Shown in pieces: positions 25,197-45,200 of a stretch of DNA of 64,000 bases (its first letter is position 1; each line of letters starts with the position of its first letter). Made by a program: the position numbers and the translations under genes. The DNA comes from the human T2T-CHM13v2.0 reference genome, Homo sapiens: assembly GCF_009914755.1 (NCBI RefSeq), contig NC_060935.1; one strand, written 5' to 3'. The notes below the pieces were generated by a model. The model made no database searches. It saw nothing but the letters and a program-made list of their open reading frames with translations, and was not told the DNA's origin.

Positions 25197-26411
25197 GAAT
25201 TAATGAACTATAGTTTAATACATATTTACTAAGTGCCCACACTAACTACTTAAAAATGGTCCAAAATACTGAGGCATCTTAAGCTGTTGGAAAATTGTTT
25301 TGTTTTCACCACTACAGTAATGAGTCTTTGAATGATACCATTTTCTATACTTGGCTTCTAGTTTACTCTGCCTTTCACTGATCTTATCTTTTTATTAATA
25401 ACTTTATGAGAAAAATAATTAATGCTTTATATATTGTTCTCTCAGTTCCATGAGCAAATATTTCAGAGGGAAAATTGGCATCTGAGTAAATATTACTTGG
25501 CTTTCATTCTGAAGCCCAAACATGGGTATTCCTCAAGCTGAGCATCTGCATAGAATTAGGAATTAACACAATGGTGACAAAGTCCAACCCCACATTGCAA
25601 GCCCTGCTCTCTGAGTGGCACTTCTGCAATTCTAACTAACTGTCTACTCACTTGTAAGGCCTTGAAGTTAAGTGGGTGCAACACCAAACTCAATACTTTT
25701 TGTTGGAACAGTGGTATCTCCTACCTTTTCTAACAATGGTTCCCTGATATTTTGGGCAACCCAGGCATAGGATAGAAATCCTGGAATCAAGTTTGACAAT
25801 ATATTTCCTGCATAGCCTTCCAATCCAGTCAGTAAAGATGTCCTGTTAATTTTTCCTTTAAAATATTTGTCCTGGCCATCCCTTTTTATCCATCCCACTG
25901 CCACCATCTTGGCTCAGCCCTCACCACCTCATTTTGTGACCACAACGTCCCGATGCTGTATCAGACACTCTTTCTGCTCCATTCAACTCTGATGACCACT
26001 TCCTGGGTAACCACCCTAATACTATTCTCTTACACAAAAACTGGCAATGGCATTTTTGTTCTATCTGCTCAAATCTAATGTCTTCTCTCTGATACTCAAC
26101 TCTCTCCAACATCTGCCCTCACCCTTCTTAGCTAACTTTCTCAAACTACTCAATGCTTCATCACTTCTGCTCCGATCAGGACAGAGTCCTTGGAGTGCCG
26201 TACACATTACTGCCTCCTGACTTGTTCCATTCCTCTGACAAACTCCTCTCTCCCTCTCACTTGCTGCCAAAATCTTGCTTATCCTTCATGATCCAGTTCA
26301 AGCATCAAATCATGCATGCCCCTTTCTCTAATTACTCCAGCATACACTGCCTTCCTTCCCTAAAATTCCACATTACATCTTACGTAGTACTTGATTCCCT
26401 TCTCACTTGTT

Positions 26412-26624
26412 TTGTTTTTTTCCCAAGACAGAGTCTTGCTCTGTCGCCCAGGCTGGAGTGCAATGGTGCAATCTCGGCTCACTGCAATCTCCACCTCCTG
26501 GGTTCAAGCAATTCTCCTGCCTCAGCAGGAGGTAGCTGGGATTACAGGCGCCCACCACCATGCCCGGCTAATTTTTGTATTTTTAGTAGAGACAGGGTTT
26601 CACCATGTTGGCCGAGCTGGCCTA
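26412..26624 (-). mobile_element. 5'-truncated AluS inside an L2 remnant
   Basis: Reverse Alu right arm plus part of left arm. TSD CTCACTTGTT at 26402-26411 and 26625-26634. Confidence 0.85.
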
Positions 26625-26909
26625 CTCACTTGTTAATTGTTAACCGTATTTGCTCATTCTAGTCAGTCTTCAGCTGAAAGGTAAGTTCTTTGAGGGAATG
26701 GATCATGTCTGAGCCCCCATAATGCTTAACAGAGAAAAATGTAATAGCAGTACTCAGTAAAAACTTACTGATAGGTTTATTAAACTAAGAGAAAAGACAG
26801 TTTGGATATAATTTTCGTAAGAAGCCTTTTCATTTGGAAAGATCAGTGAACCCATTGAAATTCTCAGGTAAATATAGGCTGTGCTAACCCCAAATTATAA
26901 ACTCTAAGG

Positions 26910-27265
26910 CAGTGGTCCCAACCTTTTTGGCAGCAGGAACCAGTTTTGTGGAAGACAATTTTTCCACGGTCTGGGAGTAGCAGGGTGGATGGTTTTGGGA
27001 TGAAATGGTTCCACCTTAGATCATCAGTTAAATTATCATAAGGAATTGGATTCTCATAAGGAGCACACAACCTAGATCCCTTGCATGTGCAGTTCACAAC
27101 AGGGCTCATGCTTCTATGAGAATCTAATGCTGCTGCTGATCTGAAAGGAGACAGAGCTCAGATGGCAATGTTTGCTCACCCGCCGCTCACTTCCTACTGT
27201 GCAGCCTGGTTCCTAACAGGCCAGGGACTGGTAACAATCCATGGCCTGGGTGTTGCGGATCCCTG
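26910..27265 (-). mobile_element. MER1B hAT-Charlie MITE
   Basis: CAG...CTG terminal inverted repeats; perfect 8-bp TSD CTCTAAGG (26902-26909, 27266-27273). Confidence 0.9.
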
Positions 27266-28900
27266 CTCTAAGGAATTTGACAGATAGCAATTATCAGCCA
27301 TGACCAACTTCTTGAGTTCCTCTAATGGAATAAAACCTTACTTGAATAATTAAAAAGCAGATAACACTACCACATACTAACTGTCCTACAATTTCCTGTG
27401 TAGCTCTATTTCTAACAGATCAATAAGAGACTTGGGAAGTAATAACAATAATAATAGCAAAATTTGTAGTTTTCAGCCTTTTAACTTCTTGTTTCTTATT
27501 CTGCTAAGCTTTCAATGAGTAATTTTATATACTGTATTAGGAAATAATAAAAGATTAAGTAAGAGCTTCCAGGACAATTCTTCATTTTCAACCTTCGGAT
27601 GACTCTTTATCACACATAAGATAAAGAGGCTGTGTAATATTGCTAAGCAGATTATATATTTATTTATACTTAATAAATTCATTGATGCTGTCTAATTCTG
27701 CTTTAAGGCTTACAGCCATTAATTCAACCACATCTATAAAATGCTAGGAAGGCTTTCATAGCCCCACTGTCAGGAAATTCAATATAGTACATAGAACTAA
27801 AAAGAAAATCAATGAAGTAGATATCAAGTTTAGCTTTAAGTGTGACTCACAAGTCTTAGACATTTCACTGAAAGAATGTCCATAACAACATGCTCTTTTA
27901 CTCTTGCTGTAGTCATAACTTACATTTGTCTAAGAGACTATAGAACATTCACAGGCGTCATCTAATTTGATTTTTACAAGGAGACAGGATGGGTATTATT
28001 ATCCCCATTATATAGATGAGGCAATTATGCGTCAGAGAGGTTAGGTAACCTGTCAAATGCCATAAAGCTAGTAGGTCACCTGTCTCCTGAACCAAGCTTT
28101 TACCATCAGGATGTGTTGCCAGTTTTAGAATATCAGCCACAGAGAAGAGAGTGGCTGTGACAACGAAGGAGCTTACAAAATGTGGACACTGCAGCTATGT
28201 GTGTCCTGGAACCTAACTTTCTAAAAGGAGTGCCATTAAGATACTACTTTGTAGGTCTAGATTAATCATGACCAAGATCCTTCAACTTTAAGGCTTGATT
28301 ACTTAAATGGATGAAATTTCAGACAATGTGGTCTTTTTCTAAGAGAAAGAACTGCAAAAATTGTAGCATGTTAGAACTAAGTTTCTATGGCCAAAGGTGG
28401 GAAAACAAGCAACAGTACAGATAATTCAGGCATACAGAAAAAAAAAAAAGTCTTGTTTGTTCCCAGCCCCTTTGGGTTTTACCTGTGAGCGTGTAATCAG
28501 AGAAAACACAGTTTAAAGATATGGCTGCTCATTTTAGACAGTCCTATAAAGATAATGGTAATGCTGAAGAAGTTATTAATATTTGGTTCCTAACATATAT
28601 GATACAAACTATTAAGAGTTGACCTTAATGAAATCTTGCAAATCAATATTTAAAAATTTTTAATTTGCATCCAGTTGACTATATCCATATGTTAGACTTC
28701 CTTTTGTTCATTCATTCATCACACATGAAGTCTACTTTCCAGTCTTACTTACCTCCCTCCCTAGGAGGGAGGTAGGACATACGTAACTAGAATATAAAGG
28801 TAGAAATGACCCAGAAAAGGTACAGATACAATTTTATAAAGAGAAAGAAGTTACTTCCAGTTAGGGAATAAAGGAATGCATTGTCAAGAAGGTTGCAAAG

Positions 28901-29178
28901 GGCCAGGTGCAGTGGCTCACATTTGTAATCCCAACACTTTGGGAGGCCGAGGCGGGAGGATCACTAGAGCCCAGGAATTCGAGATCAACCTGGGCAACAC
29001 AGTGAGACCATGTCTCTACAAAAACTTAAAAATTAAAAAAATTAGGTGTGGTTGTGCACACCTGTAGTTTCAGCTACTTGGGAGGCTGAGGTGGGAGGAT
29101 TACTTGAGTCTAAGAAGTTGAGGCTACAGTGAGCGATTGATCATGCCACTGAACTCCAGCCTGGGTGACAGAGACACT
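28901..29178 (+). mobile_element. AluJ, lacking the A tail
   Basis: ggccaggtgcagtggctcac...gaggatcactagagcccagga...ctgggtgacagag. Confidence 0.88.
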
Positions 29179-29698
29179 ATTGCCCTAGGAAAGCAACTGT
29201 TTTGCTGTAATCAATGAAGGCTCCCGATAGCCAGAGCCACCCAGAATTCACAGTCACATCGAACCTTGCCCTCATCCTCTGCCTCCTTGTCACAGAGCAA
29301 CACTGCCCCAGTAGCACACATCTCCAGTCTGTAACAAAGAAGTCTTAGCATCAAGCATACTCAAGCCACTTGGATAGCAAATGAGGTCATCTGAAAATAC
29401 TTTTAAAGTTTACTTTTTTAAAAAACAGTTTTTTGTTTACAGGACCCAAATGGCAGTTGACATTCCCTGTAAAAGTTTAACCTCTTCAATTAGAATTCTG
29501 TTTTCTTTAGAATTTCAGGTGGGATCTGTTACAATTCACTGAAGTTTAGATTTGACAATGTTCTATCTACTATGTTATTGAAACCATATAATATTTACCA
29601 AATTCCCATACATGGTAGACAGTGACATTAATTAAGAAGATAATTTCCAATTTGTTCCATGAAGTTTCAGTGACCCACTCTGTAATAAAGAACTTGGA

Positions 29699-35723
<6,025 letters not shown>

Positions 35724-38431
35724 GAACCTGGAGAAATTATCAAGTAAGCATCATATTTAATGAATTTATGGTGAAATCATGTGGGAAAAATTTTTCTGTA
35801 CAGGGATGATGACTCTGGAAATGGTGGAGAGAGAGACAGAAAAACAAATGTCACTGTAACACAGGTATTTAAATTGTATTTAAATACACAGACTTTTGAA
35901 TTTATAGAAAATTTTCAAGTATGAAATTGATTTCATGCAACCTAAAGTCTCAAACTTCAAATAATTTTTTGTGTTAAATTTATAAATTGTGTATTAATGC
36001 AATTCAAATTTATTCCTAAAAATATTTTAACTAAAGGAGAAATTCCTGGGGCCTGAGATTAGAGTTTTAGGAAATGTACATATGGGATAAACTTACACAG
36101 GCTGAAATTAAGTGAAACCTTACTTCTCAATGTTGAGATGGATTAGCCATTTTAACATAAAGTAGAAACTTCTAAGAAATGCAGAATCTCAACTTCCCCA
36201 CCCTCATTCCACCTACCCCACCCACTCAATCAGATCCTGCATTTCAATAAGATTTATTTAGTGCAATAACTTTTTTACTTATCAAAGTTGAGAAGCACAG
36301 GACTAAATGATAAAGAGAAAAGAGGCTGCTTAGGATAAGGAAATAAAAGGTTGAAGTTAACTTAAGTATTATGATACTTTCTTAGCGTGTCATACGGTTA
36401 CCTGTCATCTTTCCTCTTTGGTTCAACTTGTTTTATGGGGACATTTATGTGGGAAAATATCTTTGCTTTTGTAATTTATGTGGGAAAATATCTTTGCTTT
36501 TGTGTTTTTACTTAAGTAAAATCTGGGCTCCTTTTATGTCAACTAGCTTTTCCACTATTGTTATTATGATAGAAAGTACAGGCTACTTATAAACATGATT
36601 AGTTCAATGAGAACTTTTAGAATATTGCTGACCTAAATCTGGACATCTACACAATCATTAATTCTTACCAAAATGCTACAAGGCAATATAAGCATAATTA
36701 GCCTCCCTGATCCCTGAACATAGCCTAATATCACTCACTCAATCAGAATCATACTGGAAACGATATGACCAACTATGGCAGGTAGTAGATGTCCAGTCAC
36801 ACTAGTATTGCTTTCAGCCAGATGTCTCTGGTCCTTGTGAGTTCCTTTGGTCCTTAATGGTGAAATAGCAACAGAGGGAACCAACTCACTCACTCAAGGC
36901 AGATTTCTTATTTCTAGACTTGTCCTGAAACCAACAGATCCAGCTCTCTCCTACCAAATACCATGAAATTTAAACAAACGAAACTCGCAAAATAATACAG
37001 CAGCAGCAGCAACAACAACAATGAAATATTAAAATAGTAAATATAAGTATCAAACATCAAAACCCCCTCTCCAACCAAAATCTCTCTTCTTCGATAAAGT
37101 TCCCAGGAGGTAACCCAATTTCTAGGTTGGTGTCCAATATTTGGGATCATTTGATTCAAGACTGAAGTACTTAAAATGGCTTTTAAAAAAGGAAAAAAGG
37201 TTAGATTTCCAGAGAAAAGTGTAACATTTTTTAAGTTGAACATTATGAGGGATTTGATGGGGGCAGCTTTGCAAGTAGAACTGGAGACTGGTCCACTGTT
37301 CAGGCTTTTTACGAAAGACTGCAAAGGTTGTTTGTTTCCAAACACCAAGAAGTCACCAAGTTCACCAGTCCAAATGCAAATGACTCACACTAGGAACCCT
37401 AATAGTGCTGCTGTTAAGTCATTTGCAAATGGGTGGGGCTGAGATGACACAGAACCCTATTTTCCCAGGTGGCATCTTAAGTATGGTTGATTCTACCTTC
37501 AGCCCCACATTTAAAAGTACAGTGTAAACACAGCTAAGGGACCGCCTCCTTCAAATTACACACAAGGCACACCTACTAATAGGAGATGTTGTGAAAGCCA
37601 GGTGGGGCTTTGTCTTTCAAGTCCCTGCATCCAAGAATAAGCATGCTGTGTACAAAAAAAAAAAAAAAAGCAAGGGTGATGCAACTGCATTCATTGTCCC
37701 TAAAGGGAGAACATGCAATAATTCTCAGATCCAAGGATAAAGGGAATCCCCCTTTAAGAAAAGATGTTGGCATTATGTGGGGATTGGGAACATGCCAGAA
37801 CAATCACACATTTTTACAAAAGAGAGAAAGAGAAAAAAAGTTAAGACCCATTTGTCTTATTTCAGTCTCTTTCTTCAGAATTGACGACTTTAATCAACAG
37901 GTCACTTTCAGAGTATTGCTGGACACCTTGACTTTCTGCCATGAAATGCTATGGGAATTCTGGCAGTTGAGAGCCAACACCCCACTAGACACCAGTGCTG
38001 CATAACCACACTTTTAATAGACCCCAGAGCTGTGGTGACAGCATGCCCTTCCCAGTTTTTCCACAGACGGTGCTCCTGAAATTTTCCATAGACAGTGTAT
38101 TCTTGTGGTTAATTAGTTATCTGAGCAATTTCCATTATAGAAAGAGTATCTGTACATAATTAAACCCATCTTAGGACCAAACTGCCGGGCTTCAATGTCA
38201 TTAATTCAGAAGGGCTAAAATGAAAATGAGATGAATAATTCTCACCTGATGAAGGGACCGCACTAGATTAGATCCTATCCTCTGAAATACATAGAGCATT
38301 AAATTTAAAAAAACAAGAGAGGTGAAAACAGGTGATGGAAGAAACTGGAAAGGTAAGTTGCCTCTAGAGACCAAAGAATAACACTCCTTTTCAAACTATT
38401 ATCAAGAAATCTTGGGGGAAAGATAAAATTA

Positions 38432-38747
<316 letters not shown>

Positions 38748-39701
38748 CTGTAAAGCACAGGAAAGTGATCATTACTTGTAGCTTAATGCAGGAGGAAATA
38801 TAATTGAATATGTTCTCCTAGCCACTGCTCTACCCCAGCTCCCAGCTCTTCTGAAGTGTCACGGTTCATTTCAACAGCACGAGTAAGGCAGTTTCCAGGC
38901 CCTGTGCATAATGAGCCATGTGGACCCTATTCAAGAAACTGGCTGTACTCCAGAACTACTATAAAATATAAGGAAAATATTAACATCTTAGATGACAAAA
39001 GATCCATATGGCTGGCCAGAAAATATCTGCATCATTTAAGCCATTAGAATGCACCTATATGGAAACATTCAATTTGGCGGTACTGTGAACAACAGGACTG
39101 TGAAAACATCTGTTTATCTCCACCCGTTTTCACTAAACACTGATTCCTATAGAAGACATGCAAACTCAAATACCAACATATTTCATCTAAGCATAGGACA
39201 GGGACTCCATTTTTACATAGTTGCTATAATAAATACAATACAGTATTTGTTGGTGATAGGATTTTGGAAGATGCTCTGGATAGCTGGAAAAATAAGTAAA
39301 ATGTTTCTCTTTGTATTAAACTTGATAAAAAATAATAGCTAACATTTATTAATGGTGAGGTAAATAATTTGATTATCCACCATTTATAGCTGAGGAAACT
39401 GAGGCCCAGAGAGTTTCGGTGGATTCCCTAAGATCACATACCCATTATGTGGTGGAGAGGGAATATGAACCAGTGCTGGCTTGCTATGCCTCTTTCCATA
39501 TGGGGTCAGACATAGATGTGGTGTCTTATAATGTGAGGGAGGTCTACTTGGCAGAAATATCCTGCAGACCCTATATGCCAGTTTCTTATTTATTTAAACA
39601 AAGCCCCATATGAGCATTTCTGATAAGCAGTTTGTTTACACACTAATTCCACAGAGGTTAAATATAACCCTAATGTTTCTTTGTTGCTACTCTGTTTCCA
39701 G

Positions 39702-39901
39702 TATTGAATTATTACCACAAGGTACCAACCATATATGCATACTTAATAGGGTATTTTGTCAAAACTATGCATGAAGGTCATTTGTTTGAGATGTCAGAAC
39801 ATTTTCCCGTGAGAAGATCTCATTGGGCATTGAAACAGAACCACATGCTCTTCAGACCAGCAACCGCGACTACCAAATACTCCTCTGTCAACTCTACTTG
39901 A
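39702..39901 (+). ncRNA. BDNF-AS: Probable BDNF-AS alternative exon (200 nt)
   Basis: Acceptor tctgtttccAG|TATTG; donor TGA|GTAAGA. Confidence 0.55.
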
Positions 39902-39981
39902 GTAAGAACGCTTTCAATTAAGGCCTAAGTGTCAACATGCCTTTAAAAAAAATCGTGGTGACACAAAATCTTTCTTTTTAG

Positions 39982-40545
39982 CACCCAACAGAATCCCTTC
40001 AAAGCCTCGTGGTCTGACACCCTATGCTACGTGACTTGTGACCCATCCATTTGTCATGTTCTTCGGGAATGTGGCTAAGGGGCTAAGATGTGACTTGAAA
40101 AGAAAGGTAGAACAAGATCATCTCAAATTTATTATCAAGGAATAGTTCAGAAAACGACTTCAGACCACAGAGACAGCAGAACAGATGGTCCGGCATGGAT
40201 AGAGCATCAGACACTCACAGACTGTGCCAACAAGAGCCATCGAGTCAAAACAGCCAAAGGAAGGAGGGTCATGGAATGGGTTCTCTCACACCAAACTGAT
40301 GCCCAGAGGCCCTCAGCATGAATAACAAAGGCAACCAGACCCACAAGCCATACTGAGTGGATACAAAACCTATACCTAGGCTGACATCCCAAATGTGTGT
40401 GGCAAGTTAGATGATGATGGCACAAAAGACAGAACACCTTGCTTCTGGCCATTGTCAGCTCTTGGAAGAGAGCACACTTTTAGAGGAGCAGCTGCAAGGA
40501 GCCTGAGAACAAAACTGGAAATGTCTGTTATGAAAGCCTTCACAG
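39982..40545 (+). ncRNA. BDNF-AS: Probable BDNF-AS alternative exon (564 nt)
   Basis: Acceptor tctttctttttAG|CACCC; donor CAG|GTATTA. Confidence 0.45.
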
Positions 40546-41386
40546 GTATTATTAACAAAAGAAAATGTCTATTTGTCAATGGTGTTTCAGCTAGATTTTG
40601 GCAGTCCATTCTTATGCCCAGGAATGACCTCTTGTGTAGACTGGATACAGTCATCAATGCAACTGTCCAGGTGCAACTCTTCTATAAAGGGGAAGAGGAG
40701 TGACTTTCCCCTATACAGTGGCCCTGTCAAAATTCTATAAAAAATATTGTCCATTTAAATTAAATAACCACTGTGCCCGGCTCCATTTACCACACTTTTC
40801 TATGCAGTGGAACTGAAGGGGATTTTTTTTTTTGCTGTCCTCAGAGAAAAATAAGACTAAGAATCAACCTTTCTAATGAGAATGGTAAGGAGTTATGTGG
40901 GGATGACCTGGAATATATGCTGCTCAAATGGTGGAGATGTTATCTAGGCCGTAAATCATGGCATTTTTATATGATCCCCTATTTGCCTAATGCAGGAAAC
41001 CACTTGGCAACTTTAAGGAAAAAGTCTAGCAATAATGCATCATAGTTCAATGTTTATATTGTACTTGGACAGTTTAAATTTATCTTATAAAGTACTAATT
41101 ATTTAATTACAAATGTTGAGTAAGTGTAAAATCATTCCTCAAAAAAGCATCCCTTGAGTATGAAAGTTCCAAGCTTAGCAAGACATCCCTGTGATTTGGG
41201 ATACATCTCTTGAACTCAGTCCTGAAAATAATGTTAATAGCTGAGAAAAGAGCATTGAAAGCCTTATACACAGTGTGTTGTAGTGAAACAATTTTCTTTT
41301 TGGTTCTAAAAAACACTGTTGTGCTCTTTAGATCCAGCATGGCTAGTTAGATGAATAATGAATGCATGTTCAACTTTCTGCTACAG

Positions 41387-42208
41387 GAAATTCTGCAAGT
41401 GGCAACGTGGGTCCATTCCGTGTGTGTCACTAGAGCTGGCGCAAGCCCATGGCCATGGTGAGGCAGCGTTTCCACTGGAACTAATCTGATACCTGCACCA
41501 GCTCTTGCAACTGTGCAGTGTTCCCACTGCAAACTACGGATGGGGTAAAAGACTGCTCACCTCCTATTTCTCATCTAATCTCACACACTCTGTTTGATGA
41601 GGCTATGGAGAAACAGGTCTTCTCATACACTAAAGGTGGGAGTACAAACAATTCAAGCCCTGTGCAGGACAATTAGGCAATACCTATCAAAATTATACAT
41701 GATTTTTCCTGCTGACCCAGCAATTCCACTTCTGGGAATAATTGACAGATATAGGTGCATATGTACAAAATGATGGAAAGCTCTCTGGTATATATTAGTA
41801 AGTGATAAAACAAGGTGTAAAATAGTGTATATATGGCTACTACCTTTTGTTTTAAAAATGGGGGAAAATGGTGGAGCTTGCGGTGAGCCGAGATCGTGCC
41901 ACTGCACTCCAGCCTGGGCGACAGAGCGAGACTCCGTCTCAAAAAAAAAACAGGGTGGGGTGGGGGGGAAATAATAGTACATACTCATATTTACCTGTAT
42001 CTATATAAAACACACTATCAAGGATTCACAAGAAACTAATACAAATGATCACCTTATAGATGGTATGTATTGGGGGATACTGAGGTGAGCAGGGTATAAG
42101 TGGGGCAAGACTTTTCAGTGTAAACTTCTTTTAAATTTTATTTTGATTTTTGAATAATGTAAATTAACTGTCAAATAATTAAATTAAAAATAACCAATTT
42201 ATTAACAA
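41387..42208 (+). ncRNA. BDNF-AS: BDNF-AS exon: internal form 41387-41544, or terminal form to ~42200
   Basis: Acceptor ctttctgctacAG|GAAATT; donor GGG|GTAAAA at 41544; ATTAAA hexamers at ~42178-42188 for the terminal form. Confidence 0.6.
41870..41950 (+). mobile_element. AluY 3' fragment within an old L1M remnant
   Basis: ggagcttgcggtgagccgagatcgtgccactgcactccagcctgggcgacagagcgagactccgtctc(A)10. Confidence 0.85.
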
Positions 42209-45200
42209 AACATTTAATCTAGTGGCTTTACTTTTGACACAAGACAATCTCCAAATCTCCACCAATCACCAAAAACAGAGATTTACACCAGTTCCTTTGC
42301 TTGTTTTTCCTGGTAATGACTACAATTAAGAAGTCCTGTGGGTGCCATCTCAGTTTTGGAGATATTTCCCTAGAAGAAACTGATTCAAGGTGGGACAATT
42401 GGGTATAGAGAATAGTCCCTGGGACCGGGGGCTGAAGTCCTGAATTCTGGTCCTGCCTAACTCCCACTTTCTATTAAGCTGACCCTGTGAAACGGCTGAT
42501 ACATGACCATTTTTTACCAACAAATTAGACAAATTCATGGGTGATCAAATTCAAAAACCCTGTTGCCTTACCACTGTAATATGATGAGGACACGTATACA
42601 CACCCTGCCTAACTCACAGCATCACACCAGGGATTGTCAACATATGGGAAAGAGCTTTGTACATTGTAAAGGTCAACCCTACAAACAGCAGCTGTGAAAC
42701 ACAACACAACCCTGAGGGGGTGGCCATGGCCAAACATAGGAGGGGAAAAGGACCCAGTCTCAAAAGCATCTGAGATACTGAGATAGTGCAGAGGAATGAA
42801 ATCTTCCAAAAGATGGAATCTAAACATAAACAGACATCAAGAGCGGGCTGACTTGCAGTGGAAGATGTGGTTAAATGACTCCACATGTGGTCATCTGCCA
42901 TTGCATACACTGCAAATTCTGTGAAGCCTACTAAGGGAAATTAGGGAGATGTAACTGGGAGCGCACTGTAAAGATACTGATATGAACACGAATGTGAGAT
43001 CAATGTTGAATGATGGACCCAAAAGGATGGCTCTTAGTCCTTGTGAACATATAGTTGTTGGAGACATGTGTCTGTCATACACAGATAGGCCTCCAACTCA
43101 CCTCTGAAATCAGATGCAAACTTCAAATACTTTTGAAAAGTCTCCCTAGAGGACCTTTTACCCCCAAATGTAGACACTAAATGAAAAACCATTCTTTAAA
43201 AGGGGTTAAAAAAAACACTCAAAAAACTTCTCCTTTCCACATGTATAGTCATCTGGAAAACAGATCTCCCATTAAACGGATGGTCAAAGCTGTATCACAA
43301 CATTAAACTAAGCACAAAAATTCAAGACTTCCCTTCCTCACCCTCCTAAAACGAAACATTCCAATAGGCTAGAAATAACCTCATGAGGAAGTTCATTGAA
43401 GGTACTCCCACTTGGCACTACTATCCAGACACTGGGTTAGGAAACTAGTTACTTGGAACTCAGAAAAAATAAGAACTATTTTGATTAGGCAAGGCCCCTG
43501 TGCAAGGTGCCTAGTTCCAGCTGGGTCTCAGTAGTCTGATGGGTGTCATGCACTCCTGGACCTCCTCTTAATGAAACAAGGGACCTTGACTTTGGGCCCC
43601 ATGTTGAGAAGCTCTGAAGCCAAATATAATGGTCAAATATAATGTCCTCTCATTTCTAGCTTCATAGCAGACCATGTTTCCATATAGAAATTTCTCTAGG
43701 AGGCTTACTATCCTATGTTATCTCAAGCCGAGGCCTCCTCTTACACAAGAGGCTTAAACTGCCCGTAAGTAAGAATTAAAGATATGTTACATTTTTTATG
43801 AATTAGTCATTTATTCATTCAGCAAAGGTTATTAAGAAGGTACTGAGTTTGGATGTACTTTGCTTTAGGAAAATCATTTTCAAGGTTGCTTCATGCAAAG
43901 TGGGAATAATTAACTTGGTAACTCAATAGACTTGCTAAGTGATTGCCCCAAGTTTAAACTGTCACTGATTTGCAAGTATGACATGAAAACCAGAGACCCA
44001 AGGAGGTGGGCACATTCCCACCTGTCAATAGCCCTCAAGAGAAGTGCTTCAGTATTACCCCAAATGGCCAACTTTGCATGGTTAATCATTTAGTTAGAGG
44101 CTCACAAGATCAAAAACAATTCTTAAAAAACTATTTATGTGAACAAAGGGACAATGAGCTGACACCTTCAAGGTGCACGTCAGGGGCACAATACAAGTTC
44201 CTGTTTCACCAGCAGAGCTCTGGTCGCTCAGTTGAAGCTGAAAGTCAGAACCAGCTGTGTTTCTGTCATTCCCTCATATGAAAAGAACTCAGCTGTAGAC
44301 CTTTACTCCATGAGAAAACATTTTTTAAAAACCCACAAATAATTTTTAGGTTTCATTTTTGCCTCTGCTTTCTCCAGAGCTACAAAGGTCACCCAAATTT
44401 CTGTGGCGAGGTTATTTAGGAGAGCCTTTCTTTTGGATGTCAACTTGTCAAACTTGCAGTTTAGATGAGTGTGATGTAGTCTCCTAAAATTTACTTTTGC
44501 ACTATTTTTTCAAATAATAGATATTCTCTGAGCACAGGCACTGAGGACATCAAAATGAATGAGACTGAATTTCTGCCCTTGGGGACTGCAGTGTTAAGGG
44601 TGGGTTAGACCCAAAAACCAACAATACAGTGCAATGTGGTACATGCTGTAACTAACATGCACAAAGGGCATTCCCAAAAAAGAGAATGAAAAGAGGGAGG
44701 AAGGTGGCAAAGGAGAAAGGCCTTTGGCCCAAGTTTTTGTTCAATAAAGATCATATTTTGTAGATCAAAAGATTATATGATCTGCTAACCCCTTAGCATG
44801 TATAGCTCATGAAGCAAGACAAAGTACCCATGAAGAGTTCAACATTAGCGAGCCTCTGGGGCAAGTAAGTTGGAAATCATAACCCATTTATGGATACCTG
44901 CCTAGAACTGATTTCCTATTCAGAGTGCCTTCCTAGCTGATAAGAACAATACTGAAATCTTTCTTTTCCATGAGGGAAAAACATGTTGAATCATTTAGCA
45001 AGTACCTACAGAGCCACCTACTATGTATGTGCCCAGCAGTCTACTGTGTGCTATCAGGAGTAAGAAAATGTAGAAATATTCTTGCTTTTAAAGGGTTTAC
45101 AATCTAATTGTAGAAATAATACTAAAATACATGAGAGGAAAGAAAAGCAAACTTAGCTTCTCTGGGATAAGGACTATATCTCATGCAACTTTTAAAAAGT

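Noticed and set aside
26153-26662. 169-aa ORF
   Set aside because: Read-through of an L2 remnant and an antisense Alu ([14 protein letters not shown]); no independent coding evidence.
36914-38005. 131-144 aa intronic ORFs
   Set aside because: Non-ATG or low-complexity, no recognisable domain; expected by chance.
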